Source: an uncultured Candidatus Rokubacteria bacterium (GTDB lineage Bacteria; Methylomirabilota; Methylomirabilia; Rokubacteriales; CSP1-6). Taken from it: a stretch of DNA of 64,000 nt. Shown here one piece after another: positions 41,909 to 51,686 of the stretch (its first letter is position 1; each line of letters begins with the position of its first letter). The position numbers and the translations under genes were made by a program. The notes under the pieces are model-generated. The model saw only the letters and a list, made by a program, of their open reading frames with translations. It was not told the origin of the DNA and did not search any database. The DNA is taken from positions 256,001-320,000 of the forward strand of contig CAWBMV010000037.1 in the NCBI GenBank assembly GCA_963789955.1, read 5' to 3'.

Positions 41909-42801
41909 AGGCGATCCAGGAAGAGTCGAATGAACCGGTCGCTCTCCACGCTCCTCGCGACGCGGCAGTTCGGCGGGCCGCTCGTGCGCATCGTCTCGCC
42001 GTCGGGCCCGATCGCGAGACGAACGGCCTCCCACTTGCCAAGCGACGGATCGAGCGCGAGCCCGACGGCAAGCGGGTCGTGCAGCGCCATGCCCTGCTCC
42101 CCGTCGCTGTGGGCAATCCGGAAACCACGTTCGCTGAATCCCTGAATCCGCGAGGCGAGCGGCCCCGTCGCGCGGCCCAAGGTGGCTCGCATCCCCGCGC
42201 GCGGCAGGACCGCCTGGCGCGTCGCGTCAAGCGGCACGACCTCGAGCGGGAGCCCCGCCGCGAGCACGCGGTGCGCGGCTTCGGGATCCACGAACATATT
42301 GAACTCGACGGTCGGCGTGACGTTACCGGGCACGTCGATGGCACCCCCCATCGCGACGATCCGCCCCACCCGCTCGAGCGCACCCGCGTCTTCCTTGAGC
42401 GCCAGGGCCAGATTGGTCAGGGGCCCGAGGGCGATGATCGTCAGATCCCGCTCGTGGCGGCGCGCCGCGTCGAGGATGACTTCGACAGCGCCCGGCGAGC
42501 CGGGCAGTCGCTCGACCTCGGGCCAATCCGGAAGATCGCCCAGCCCGTCTTCGCCGTGATAGCGGGTCGCCGTCGTCAGCGCACGAGCGAGGGGCCCGGC
42601 GGCGCCGGCGGCCACGACCGGTCGTGGGACCGGGCGCCGCAGCGCGAGCAGGCGCAGGAGGTTCGTGCTCGCCGCCTCGATCGTGACGTTTCCGGCGACC
42701 GTCGTGATCGCCTCGACCTGGATCTCGGGCGAGTTCCAGGCAAAGAGGAGGGCCAGCGCGTCGTCAATTCCCGGATCGGTGTCGATCACGACCGGCATCA
42801 C
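41872..42801 (-). CDS. Inosine/uridine-preferring nucleoside hydrolase
   Basis: DTDPGIDDA, HGEDGLG, GPLTN, EFN...DPEAA, HDP. Confidence 0.93.
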   Translation of the reverse strand: MMPVVIDTDPGIDDALALLFAWNSPEIQVEAITTVAGNVTIEAASTNLLRLLALRRPVPRPVVAAGAAGPLARALTTATRYHGEDGLGDLPDWPEVERLPGSPGAVEVILDAARRHERDLTIIALGPLTNLALALKEDAGALERVGRIVAMGGAIDVPGNVTPTVEFNMFVDPEAAHRVLAAGLPLEVVPLDATRQAVLPRAGMRATLGRATGPLASRIQGFSERGFRIAHSDGEQGMALHDPLAVGLALDPSLGKWEAVRLAIGPDGETMRTSGPPNCRVARSVESDRFIRLFLDRLCPPAPLRDASS

Positions 42802-42866
42802 GGAATCTCCCCCTGGCCGTCCCGCATCATATTAGAATGAGATCCACTTTCAGTGAGGAGGCTCGG

Positions 42867-43094
42867 ATGAACATCCAGATCAGATACTGCGGCGAGTGAA
42901 ACTACCTCCCTCAGGCCTCCAGTTTGCAGGCCGCCATCAAGACCAAGTACGGACTCACCGCGGTTCTCAAGGAAGGGCACAGCGGGATCTTCGAGGTATC
43001 GATCAACGACGACGTCGTCTACACGAACGAGACGACGTACCGGTTTCCGACCGACGAGGAAATTTTCGAGAAGATCGACGCCGCTAAGAAGTAG
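42867..43094 (+). CDS. Rdx (SelW/SelT/SelH-like) family selenoprotein, 75 aa, CxxU motif
   Basis: GAGGAGG SD; MNIQIRYCGE-UGA(42897)-NYLPQASSL...GHSGIFEVSIND...RFPTDEEI; SECIS-like hairpin 42914-42932. Confidence 0.88.
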
Positions 43095-44352
43095 CACGCT
43101 GCAGTAGCTCCTCCCGAAACCGGGGATGGGCGACCGCGATCAGCGCCTCGGCCCGTCCCCGTTCCCCTTTTCCCCGCAGCGCCGCCGCGCCGTGCTCGGT
43201 CACGACCCAGTCCGCCAGCGCGCGGGGGCTCGTCACCGCCGCGCCCGCTTGCAGCGATGGGACGATCCGCGACACGGCGCCGTCGCGTCCCGTCGACGGC
43301 AGCGCGATGATCGCCGCGCCGCCGCGCGAGCGCGAGGCGCCGAGCACGAAATCGAATTGACCGCCGATGCCGGCCACCTGACGCGGCCCCAGGCTCTCGG
43401 CGGTCACCTGGCCGGTCAGGTCGATCTCGAGCGCGGAATTGATCGCGACGAAGCGATCGAGCTGCGCCACCGCGTGCGGATCGTGAACGAACCCGGAGGG
43501 CTCCATGTTCACGAGCGGGTTCTCGTGGATGAAGTCGAAGAGCCGGCGCGTCCCCATCGCCTCGCCGATGTCCATCCGCCCGCGGTGGACGCGCTTGAGC
43601 GCGCTGGTGACGACCCCGCGTTCCACGAGGGTGACGGCCGCGTCGACCAGCAGCGAGTGCAGCGAGAGATCGCGATGGCCGCCGAGCGCCTCGAGCACGG
43701 CCTGCGGGATCGCGCCGACGCCGACCTGCACCGTCGCGCCGTCCGGGACGAGCCCGGCGACGTGCCGGCCGATGGCGCGCTCGACGTCGCCGATCGGCGT
43801 CGGGGGATACGGCGTGAGCGGCTCGTCCACGTCGACCCAGCAGTCGATCTGGCTCCGGTGCAGACAGGCATTGCCGAGCGTGCGCGGCATGGATGGATTC
43901 ACCTGCGCGATCACGAGCGGGGCGCGGCGCGCGGCCGGGAGCGCGACGCTGACCGAGACGCCGAGGCTCAGATAGCCGCGCGCGTCGGGCGGCGCGCAGT
44001 GAACGAGGACGCAGTCGGGCGCCCAGGTCCCGCCGGCCGCGAATTGCGTGACGAGATCGAAGTAGCGAATCGGGACGAACTCGACACGCCCGCGACGCCG
44101 CGCGTCGTCGAGCCGGGGCGACATGTGCCACGTCGCGAACCGCAGCGCCGCGTGCTCCGGCCGCGCCCACGGGTAGTCGCCGAGATGGATGCCGCCCAGC
44201 AAGGTGAGGTCGCGCAGCCGCGACGACTGCCGGCAGATCTCGCCGACGAGCGCGGACGGCTCCCCGCACGCCGGCGGCAGCAGCACGTTCATCGCCGGCG
44301 CGAGCCGGGCCACAGCGTCAGCGAGCGAGCAGCGGGCGAACGCGCGCGGCAT
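43084..44352 (-). CDS. Acetyl-CoA hydrolase/4-hydroxybutyrate CoA-transferase family protein
   Basis: QVNPSMPRT, QVGVGAIP, INSALEIDLTGQ, GGQFDF, VVTEHG. Confidence 0.9.
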   Translation of the reverse strand: MPRAFARCSLADAVARLAPAMNVLLPPACGEPSALVGEICRQSSRLRDLTLLGGIHLGDYPWARPEHAALRFATWHMSPRLDDARRRGRVEFVPIRYFDLVTQFAAGGTWAPDCVLVHCAPPDARGYLSLGVSVSVALPAARRAPLVIAQVNPSMPRTLGNACLHRSQIDCWVDVDEPLTPYPPTPIGDVERAIGRHVAGLVPDGATVQVGVGAIPQAVLEALGGHRDLSLHSLLVDAAVTLVERGVVTSALKRVHRGRMDIGEAMGTRRLFDFIHENPLVNMEPSGFVHDPHAVAQLDRFVAINSALEIDLTGQVTAESLGPRQVAGIGGQFDFVLGASRSRGGAAIIALPSTGRDGAVSRIVPSLQAGAAVTSPRALADWVVTEHGAAALRGKGERGRAEALIAVAHPRFREELLQRATS

Positions 44353-44397
44353 GAATGGCGACGCTATATATACCTGATCCCGCGATAGAATGGCCGC

Positions 44398-44598
44398 ATG
44401 AATCCACGGCGCGCGCTCGCGCTCTTCCTGTTCCTCGTCGCGCTCGCCGCGTGCGCGACCCCGTCGTCGAGCAGCAGCAGCGGGAGCGCGTCGCGGAGCT
44501 CCGGCAGCCCGCGCGTCCGTTGTCTCTCGGATCCGAAGCGCGACGACGCGACGGGGACTCGCCCGCTCTTCTACTTCATGTGCGTGGAGAGTCCGTGA
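44398..44598 (+). CDS. Small lipoprotein (Ser-rich linker, two further Cys)
   Basis: Lipobox LAAC; TAGAAT 6 nt upstream; stop overlaps the SDR start. Confidence 0.65.
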   Translation: MNPRRALALFLFLVALAACATPSSSSSSGSASRSSGSPRVRCLSDPKRDDATGTRPLFYFMCVESP

Positions 44599-45362
44599 CG
44601 GGCGCGCCCGCGCAACCGGTCGCCCTCGTCACCGGCGCCGGCCGCGGCATCGGTCGTGAGATCGCGCTGGCGCTGGCCCGGGAAGGCTGTCACGTGGCCG
44701 TCGCCGCGCGCTCGTCCGATCAGGTGGCCGCGACCGCCGCCGCGGTCGCGAACCTCGGCGTCCAGACGGTTCCGCTCGTGCTCGACGTGACGGACGAGGG
44801 CGCGGTCGCGCGCGGCGTCGCCTCGATCGCCGCGAGTCTCGGCCCCGTCGACGTCCTCGTCAACAACGCGGGCATCGCCGAGTCGGCGCCGTTCGCGAAG
44901 ACCGACGCCGCGCTGTGGGAGCGGCACCTGCGCGTCAACGCGACCGGCCCGTATCTGCTCGCCCGCGCCGTGCTGCCCGGGATGCTCGAGCGCCGCTGGG
45001 GGCGCGTGATCAACATCGCCTCGCTCGCCGGCCTCGTCGGCGCGCCGTACGTCACCGCGTATACCGCCTCGAAACACGCGCTGGTCGGCCTCACGCGCGC
45101 GCTCGCCGCCGAGGTGGCCGGCAAGGGCGTGACCGTGAACGCCATCTGCCCCGGCTTCGCGGCGACCGACATCGTCTGGAACGGCGCGCGCAACATCGCG
45201 GCACGGACCGGCAAGTCGTTCGAGGAGGCGGTGGAGGCGATGGCGCGCCTCAACCCGGGCGGTCGGCTCATCGAGCCCGCGGAGATCGCCGCGGTGGCGG
45301 CCAAGCTGCTCCGCGACGATTCGACCAACGGTGAAGCCATCGTGCTCGACGGAACTCGGTAG
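44595..45362 (+). CDS. Short-chain dehydrogenase/reductase
   Basis: TGAGRGIG, NNAG, YTASK. Confidence 0.93.
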   Translation: MTGAPAQPVALVTGAGRGIGREIALALAREGCHVAVAARSSDQVAATAAAVANLGVQTVPLVLDVTDEGAVARGVASIAASLGPVDVLVNNAGIAESAPFAKTDAALWERHLRVNATGPYLLARAVLPGMLERRWGRVINIASLAGLVGAPYVTAYTASKHALVGLTRALAAEVAGKGVTVNAICPGFAATDIVWNGARNIAARTGKSFEEAVEAMARLNPGGRLIEPAEIAAVAAKLLRDDSTNGEAIVLDGTR

Positions 45363-45383
45363 TCCGCGAACCAGGAGGCCAGC

Positions 45384-45800
45384 ATGACCAGACAGATCGA
45401 ATTTCTCAATCCGCCGGAGCTCATGAAGCCCGTGGGCTTCTCTCACGCCGCCGTGACGCGCGGTGGCCGTACGGTCTTCCTCGCCGGCCAGGTCGCCAAG
45501 GACCGGGACGGCCGCGTCGTCGGCAAGGGCGACATCGTCGCCCAGTTCCGTCAGGTGTGCGAGAACTTGAAGACGCTCGTCGCCGCCGCGGGAGGCCAGC
45601 TCACCGACGTCGTCAAGCTGACGATGTACGTCCTCGACACGCCTGAGTTCAAGCGTCAGGGCAAGCCGATCGGCGTCGTCTACCGGGAGTACTTCGGCAA
45701 GCACTACCCGGCGATGACCCTCGTCGGCGCCCGCGATCTCTACGACGCGTCCGAGGGGTGCATGATCGAGATCGAAGGCTTCGCCTGCCTGGCCGAGTGA
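45384..45800 (+). CDS. RidA/YjgF/UK114 family protein
   Basis: GFSHA, FLAGQV, YPAMTLV, IEIEG. Confidence 0.9.
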   Translation: MTRQIEFLNPPELMKPVGFSHAAVTRGGRTVFLAGQVAKDRDGRVVGKGDIVAQFRQVCENLKTLVAAAGGQLTDVVKLTMYVLDTPEFKRQGKPIGVVYREYFGKHYPAMTLVGARDLYDASEGCMIEIEGFACLAE

Positions 45801-46258
45801 GACGGAGCGCCGACCGCCACCTGGCGGTCAGCACCTGGCTCCGGCTGCTCCACGGCTACGCGCTGATCGAGCGCGAGCTGCGCCGCGCCGTCGCCGAGCA
45901 CTGCACCTTTCCGCAGTTCGACGTCCTGAACCAGCTCGAGCGCGAGCGCGACGGGCTCACGTTCGTCGAGCTCTCGCGCCGCCTGCTGGTGACCGCGGGC
46001 AACCTGACCGGGATCGTCGACCGCCTCCACGCCGAGGGTCTCGTCCGTCGGGCCGTCCACCCGGCCGACCGCCGCGCCTTTCGTCTCACCTTGACGCCGA
46101 AGGGCCGCCGGCTGGTGCGCCGGGCCCAGGGCCGCCATCACCGCGCCTTGACCGCGCTCCTCGCCGGAGTGCCGGACCGCGATCTGCGAGTGCTCCGCCG
46201 GCTGCTCGACCGCCTCCGCGCGAGCGCGTCGTCGCGGGCGGCCGCCAGGTCGAAATAG
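45797..46258 (+). CDS. MarR family transcriptional regulator
   Basis: WLRLL, QFDVL, GNLTGIVDRL, DRRA, LTPKG. Confidence 0.92.
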   Translation: MRRSADRHLAVSTWLRLLHGYALIERELRRAVAEHCTFPQFDVLNQLERERDGLTFVELSRRLLVTAGNLTGIVDRLHAEGLVRRAVHPADRRAFRLTLTPKGRRLVRRAQGRHHRALTALLAGVPDRDLRVLRRLLDRLRASASSRAAARSK

Positions 46259-46265
46259 GATATAT

Positions 46266-47789
46266 TTGGATAGTCGAGGTTTAAACAAGCTGGATCTCCC
46301 GACGCATCGCGTTCGTCATGCGCTCCCGGCGTCGCGCTGGCCGACCCGCGCGGAGGCCGAGCGCGCTCGCTGGTTCTCGCCCATCCAGCTCGGACGGACC
46401 GTCGTGGCCGCCGAGCGAACCTGGGTACCGGCGATGGTGCCGTGGCGCGCCACCGAGGACGGCTTCGTGACGCCGGAAGTCCTCGAGTGGTACGCGCGAT
46501 TCGCCGAGGGCCAGCCCGGCGTGCTGGTGGTGGAAGCGACCGGCATCCGCGACGTCGCCAGCGGCCCCCTGCTCCGCATCGGCGACGACCGCTTCGTTCC
46601 CGGGCTCCGCACGCTCGTCGAGACGGTGCGCGAGCGAAGCCGGGGCCGGACCCGGCTCTTCATCCAGCTCCTCGACTTCGTCGCGGTCCGCCGCCGCCCC
46701 GAGCCCCGGCGCTTCTTCGGTCGCTACCTCGAGATCACCGACTCGCTGCGCGCCCAGATCGCGCTCTGGCTCGACGATCCGCGGTGGCGCGAGGCCGAGG
46801 ACGACGAGGTGCGCGACTACCTCTTGACCGCGGACCGCGCGACCCTCGAGACCGTCCTGACCGACCGGGAGCTCGAGGCGCTCGATTACGGCTACCGCGA
46901 GCGCATCTGGGACATGCACCTGCCCCACATCAAGGAGCTCCCCCGCGTGCTGCCGCCGCTGTTCGCCGACGCCGCGCAGCGCGCGCGCGAGGCGGGCTTC
47001 GACGGCGTCGAGCTGCACTACGCCCACGCGTACACGATGGCGTCGTTTCTCTCGCGCCTGAACTCACGGCCGGACGGCTACGGCGGCGCGAGGGAGCACC
47101 GCGTGCGGCTACCGCTCGAGGTGCTGGCGGCCGTCCGGAGCCGAGTCGGGGACGACTACGTCGTCGGCATCCGCTATCTCGGCGACGAGGTCGTCGCGGG
47201 CGGCAGCGATCTCGATGACGCGATCTGGTTCGGCGTGTGCTTCGCGGAGGCCGGCGTGGACTACCTGTCCGTCTCCAAGGGCGGGCGGTTCGAGGACGCC
47301 AAGCAGCCGAAGGTCGGCGAGGCCGTCTATCCCTACACCGGCGCGTCCGGCTACGAGTGCATGCCGACGGTGCTATCCGACGAGCGCGGCCCGTTCGGCC
47401 GCAACGTGCCGCTGGCGTCGGCGATCCGCCGGGCGATCCACGAGGCCGGCTGCTCCACCCCGGTCGTCACGAGTGGCGGCATCACGACGTTCGAGCAGGC
47501 CGAGAGCATTCTGGCGCGCGGCGAGGCGGACTGCGTCGCGGCCGCGCGCCAGACGCTCGCCGATCCCGACTGGTTCAGGAAGATCCGCCTCGGCCACGGT
47601 GGGCTCGTGCGTCGCTGCGAGTTCACGAACTATTGCGAGGGGCTCGACCAGCGCCACAAGCAGGTCACGTGCAAGCTCTGGGATCGCCAGTTCGATCCGG
47701 CCGACCGCGCGGTCACGCTCGCGAGCGACGGCAAGCGCCGGCTCAGCGCGCCGGCCTGGTCGCCGCCCGGCGACGCGCCGACCGGCTGA
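46266..47789 (+). CDS. NADH:flavin oxidoreductase (OYE-like) with internal insertion
   Basis: PAMVPW, VEAT, GFDGVELHYAHAY, FLSRLN, ARQTLADPDW, CEFTNYC. Confidence 0.88.
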   Translation: MDSRGLNKLDLPTHRVRHALPASRWPTRAEAERARWFSPIQLGRTVVAAERTWVPAMVPWRATEDGFVTPEVLEWYARFAEGQPGVLVVEATGIRDVASGPLLRIGDDRFVPGLRTLVETVRERSRGRTRLFIQLLDFVAVRRRPEPRRFFGRYLEITDSLRAQIALWLDDPRWREAEDDEVRDYLLTADRATLETVLTDRELEALDYGYRERIWDMHLPHIKELPRVLPPLFADAAQRAREAGFDGVELHYAHAYTMASFLSRLNSRPDGYGGAREHRVRLPLEVLAAVRSRVGDDYVVGIRYLGDEVVAGGSDLDDAIWFGVCFAEAGVDYLSVSKGGRFEDAKQPKVGEAVYPYTGASGYECMPTVLSDERGPFGRNVPLASAIRRAIHEAGCSTPVVTSGGITTFEQAESILARGEADCVAAARQTLADPDWFRKIRLGHGGLVRRCEFTNYCEGLDQRHKQVTCKLWDRQFDPADRAVTLASDGKRRLSAPAWSPPGDAPTG

Positions 47790-47790
47790 G

Positions 47791-47840
47791 CGGCGCGCCG
47801 ACGCCTTCAGGGGACGACTCCTTCAGAGGCTGGCGCGCCG
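47791..47840. terminator. GC-rich stem-loop between convergent genes
   Basis: CGGCGCGCC...GGCGCGCCG outer arms with an inner GGGGA/TCCTT stem; no U-tract. Confidence 0.4.
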
Positions 47841-47966
47841 GACGGGGCCGTGGAGACCCGGCCCGGGCCTGCGTCAGGAAAGCTTCAACGCCCAGACCTC
47901 GGTAGGCTCGAGGCAGGATCGCGCGCGCGACATCACGACAAGCGAGGGTGTCTCGCGGATCGACGC

Positions 47967-48094
47967 TCAGCGACGCGACGCCCGGCGCGCCAGTCTGCTC
48001 AGCGGCGCGCCGGTCAGTCGGGTCAGGATCCACTGCCGCCGCAGCTTCGCGCCGAGCTTCCGATAGAACCGGATCGGCGGCGTGTTCCAGTCGA
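47967..48094 (-). pseudogene. Displaced original 3' end of the GNAT gene at 54236-54739
   Basis: DWNTPPIRFYRKLGAKLRRQWILTRLTGAPLSRLA is homologous to the GNAT C-terminus and uses host-like codons. Confidence 0.85.
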
Positions 48095-48233
48095 ACCCCA
48101 TCTCGGCCCCGCGGTCCAGCTCGGCGTCCGGCATGTCGTCCAGCGTGGCCGACCGGCCCAGCGTTGGGGACCGCTCCGTCAGCCACACGCGCGTATTGAT
48201 CTGATACAGGGATGGATGGAGGGGGTTGCGCAT
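48095..48233 (-). pseudogene. Alpha-amylase (GH13)-like N-terminal fragment
   Basis: HPSLYQINTRVWL...TLDDMPDAELD...GFDW, truncated at the att core. Confidence 0.65.
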
Positions 48234-48489
48234 GTCAGTGTCTCCAGTCACACCTGCGCTTGCCGGCACGCGAGGCGATTCGAGAGCGGCGAGTAGGGCG
48301 CCACGATCAGCACGGGTCCCACCACCAGCGCCGCGCCGGGATACGAGACACCAAGGATGACCACTGAAACAGGAGGATAACCATCAGCAGGAGATTCACG
48401 ACTCTGCCAGATCCCGCGCGTGGCGGCACGGGGTCCGATCTACCGTTGAGCGTAGGATCGGCGGAAGGTTGTCCCACGGACCGCCGGCG

Positions 48490-49065
48490 TCAACCGAGTA
48501 GCCCCCTCTTCAGATCCTCGGAGGGCGGCTTGGGCCCCAGCCAGATCGAGAAGACTGCGTCCGCGAAGCCCTTTCCCTCGAAGACGCCCAGATCCTTGCT
48601 CCCGGCCGAGAGCGTCGTGCCTTTCCCCGGCAGGTAGGCTAACGTCATCGTGGTGCCTTCCTTCACGTCGGGAACGAGGGCGAGCATCTTGTCGAACGCG
48701 GCCTTCTGGGCGGCCTTGTCCTGCGCGTTCGCCTCGAACCCTTCCTGGAAGGCCTCGACGAGCTGCGCCTTCGTCAGGTCGCGCAGGAAATGCAAGCGGA
48801 TAGCCTTCGCGTGATCGGATGCGAGGATCGCGTTCGCGTCCTTGGAAGGGGATTCGAGGTAGAGCCCGCCCACGTAGACCTTGAACATAGCCTTTTTTCT
48901 GAGCCCCAGCCCGTTCAGCTTCAACGTCTTCTCGCCGGCCTTGAGCGTGTCGGGCATCGTGATGCCCGACAGCTCGCCGGCCAGGGCGGCCGTGCCGAGC
49001 GGCGAAACCGCCGACACGAACAGTAACGAAGCGAGACTGAATATCCCCACGACGGTGCTTCTCAT
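48490..49065 (-). CDS. Exported chalcone isomerase-like family protein
   Basis: Signal peptide; LKLNGLGLRKK.MFKVYVGGLYL, FSIWLGPKP. Confidence 0.85.
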   Translation of the reverse strand: MRSTVVGIFSLASLLFVSAVSPLGTAALAGELSGITMPDTLKAGEKTLKLNGLGLRKKAMFKVYVGGLYLESPSKDANAILASDHAKAIRLHFLRDLTKAQLVEAFQEGFEANAQDKAAQKAAFDKMLALVPDVKEGTTMTLAYLPGKGTTLSAGSKDLGVFEGKGFADAVFSIWLGPKPPSEDLKRGLLG

Positions 49066-49212
49066 GTGCTGGTGTCCTCCCGGATTGGCATGACGACCGC
49101 GACGAATCGTGTCGCCTGGTTGTGTTTCTCGGCAATGCCTTCGGCTGTCATCGGCGCTTGAGACGCGGTCGTCGGATCTTGCCGTGCCTCCGCTCATCGA
49201 GCGCTGCGGTCC

Positions 49213-49647
49213 TCAGCTTCCCTTGAGCCACGTCTGTGTCTGGTATATGGGGCCGAGGTACCCTCGAACCTTGAGCTTCCCGTCCTCGACCCACACCTCC
49301 GCCTTGTAGATCTTGCCGTCCTCAGGATCCAGGATGGTCCCGCCCTTGTAGCGATCCCCACTCGGGCTGAGGTCCTTGACGATCACGAGTCCGACGATGG
49401 GCTTGTCCTTGTCGCCGCCCGTACACTTGCTGCACGTCTTCGGCTTGCCCTTGTCGTCGTTGGCCTCGGTGAGGCCGACGATCTTGCCGAAGAGCTTGCC
49501 GCCCTCCTCGTAGAGCTGCACCTCGGACTTGACCTTGCCGCTCTTGTCGTCGACCGTGTTCCACTTGCCGACCGGCGAATCAGCCGCGACCGACAGGTTT
49601 GCTCCAAGCACAACTGCCAACACGAGGAATGCGGGAAGCCATCTCAT
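49213..49647 (-). CDS. DUF2147 domain exported protein
   Basis: SPVGKW.T.DD, CSKC, GGTILDPEDGKIY, LKVRGY, QTW. Confidence 0.85.
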   Translation of the reverse strand: MRWLPAFLVLAVVLGANLSVAADSPVGKWNTVDDKSGKVKSEVQLYEEGGKLFGKIVGLTEANDDKGKPKTCSKCTGGDKDKPIVGLVIVKDLSPSGDRYKGGTILDPEDGKIYKAEVWVEDGKLKVRGYLGPIYQTQTWLKGS

Positions 49648-49791
49648 ATGCGTCCTCAGTTGCCGTCAGGCTGCTGACGGGTGAATGGCGACGTTACCTG
49701 CTGGTCGCCAGGTCATTGACCACCACGACTGGTCTACTGCCGCGCCATTGTTCGCGATCACGGCGGCGTTTCTCGGCAGCGCCTTCGGCTG

Positions 49792-51686
49792 TCATCGAGG
49801 CTCGAGCGGCACGAGCGGCACCGTGCCCGTCGTCAGACCCATGTGGAGCCGGAGAATCCGGCGCACCTCCTCAATGGTGTGGGGATTGCCCTGCGTGGAA
49901 TGGCTCGACGGCCGAACGACGAGCTCGGACTCGACCGGCTCGATGTGGGCGCTCGAGTACTCCACCACGCCGTCGTTGCCCTGCTCGACCGGCCCGTCCG
50001 TCTCGACGGCGATGATGGAATTGACCGTAATAGACGATGCGACGGGAATCGTCTGGAGGGTCCGAATGAAGTGGTGACGCGGCGACATGTTGTCGACTGC
50101 CGACGGGACGACCAGGCTCACCCCGCTCTGCAGAGCGTCACGGTTTTGGATGATTTCCTTGTCCACTCCGGCGAGGTTGGTGGGCAGAGCGATGAGCGCC
50201 CGGACGAGGTTTCTGATGATGTTGCGCGCGGCCACGAAGCTGCCACGGTGCGGCGTGCAGATGAACACCACGCGAGAGACTTCGGGCAGCGGCTCGACGA
50301 ACATCGCACGCCGGAGCAGATCGCGAGTCTTGTCGGACAGCTGCAGCTCATCGAGCGGCTTCTTGCTGACCGAGTCCCAGAACCGATCGCCGCTGTTGAT
50401 GACCTGCATCTTGACCAGCAGGCCCCCCTGGCTGTGCCCGATCAGGACCATCCGGCGCAGGGCCGGATCTTTGCCCTGGGGTCGAGCCGGGCCACGGCTG
50501 CGACCAGCGCATCGCGCAGGCCGAGAGAGGACAGCACGATGGGGTTGCCGGAGTCGTACTGGAAGAACCAGAACTGGAAGTGACTCCGGATCTCGGGGTC
50601 GGCGAGCAGCCGATTGTACATCTCCGCCCAGCGAACCACGCTCGACTCGGTGCCGTGCACGAAGACCACGGGGATGAGCCCGGGCTTGTACGGCGTGCTG
50701 GAGACGAGCGGGGGCCGGTCCGCAAAGAGCCCGGGAAGTCGGCCGAGAAACCCGAACATCTCGAGCTGCATGATCGGCAGGCCGGTGAACGACAGCGCCA
50801 TCGCCGCCGTCGGCTCGAGCTCGAGCGGTACCCGCTCGCCGGCGATCGAGACCGATTCCGCGTCCCACGCCAGGTGGAGCTCCAGCCGGCTCGTGAGGGG
50901 CTCGCCTTGCACGAGGGCGCGCCGGGCCTCGGGGATCCGCAGCAGGGCGGTCACCGCCACTTTCAGCCGCGGTGCCACCATATCGCCCCCGGGCTTCGAG
51001 GCATCGATGGGCCGGATGGAGGCGGCGAGCGGGGCACCGAGGCCCGGCCAGCGATACCGCATCGCCAGGCCATGCACCTCCAGCTCCCCGATCGGGATGA
51101 ACCCGAACATCTCACGGTCCCCGGCGCGTAGAGCGGCGGGATCGAACGCCACGTCGAGCCGCCCGAAGGGCAGCTCGAACGAGCCGCCCTGCGGGACGAC
51201 CTCCACCCCGTCGGCCGAGCGGAAGCTCAGAATGAGCGCCCAGTTGTATAGATCCGCCGCGGTCCGTAGCCGGGGGTCGAACCGGCCCGGGCCGGCATCC
51301 CCGGTCGTCTCGGGGAAGAGGAAAGCGTAGGCGTAGACCGCTGCCGCCAGGTAGTAGTCCTTGTTCTTGGTCGCCTGACCGTGCAAGAAAGACAGCTCGG
51401 CCAGGGCGAAGAGCATGTCCTGGTCCCCCTGCGCCGCGACCATTGCCCGGTGCAGCTCGGCAATGGCGGCCGCGGGACGCTCGCCGAAGGCTTCGAAGAG
51501 ACCGCGCTCGTAGAGCACGTTGCGCGTCGGCAGGCTCGGCTCGCCCGACGTGATGGCGCTCTGGTCGAGCTCGCGCAGGACGACCTTGGGGTCGACCCGG
51601 GTCGTGCCGACCGGCCCCGCGCAGGCTGCCAGCGCGAGGCACAAGGCGCCGAGAAGCGCGAGCCGCCGGCGAGGCATCGGGCTCAT
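49792..51686 (-). CDS. Alpha/beta hydrolase lipoprotein (frameshift near 50480)
   Basis: Lipobox LAAC; PVVFVHG, GHSQGG nucleophile elbow, TPHRGS, DGVVEYSSAH. Confidence 0.85.

Noticed and set aside
42798..43097. 99-aa minus-strand ORF in the track
   Set aside because: Antisense to the Rdx selenoprotein, which has the SD and family motifs
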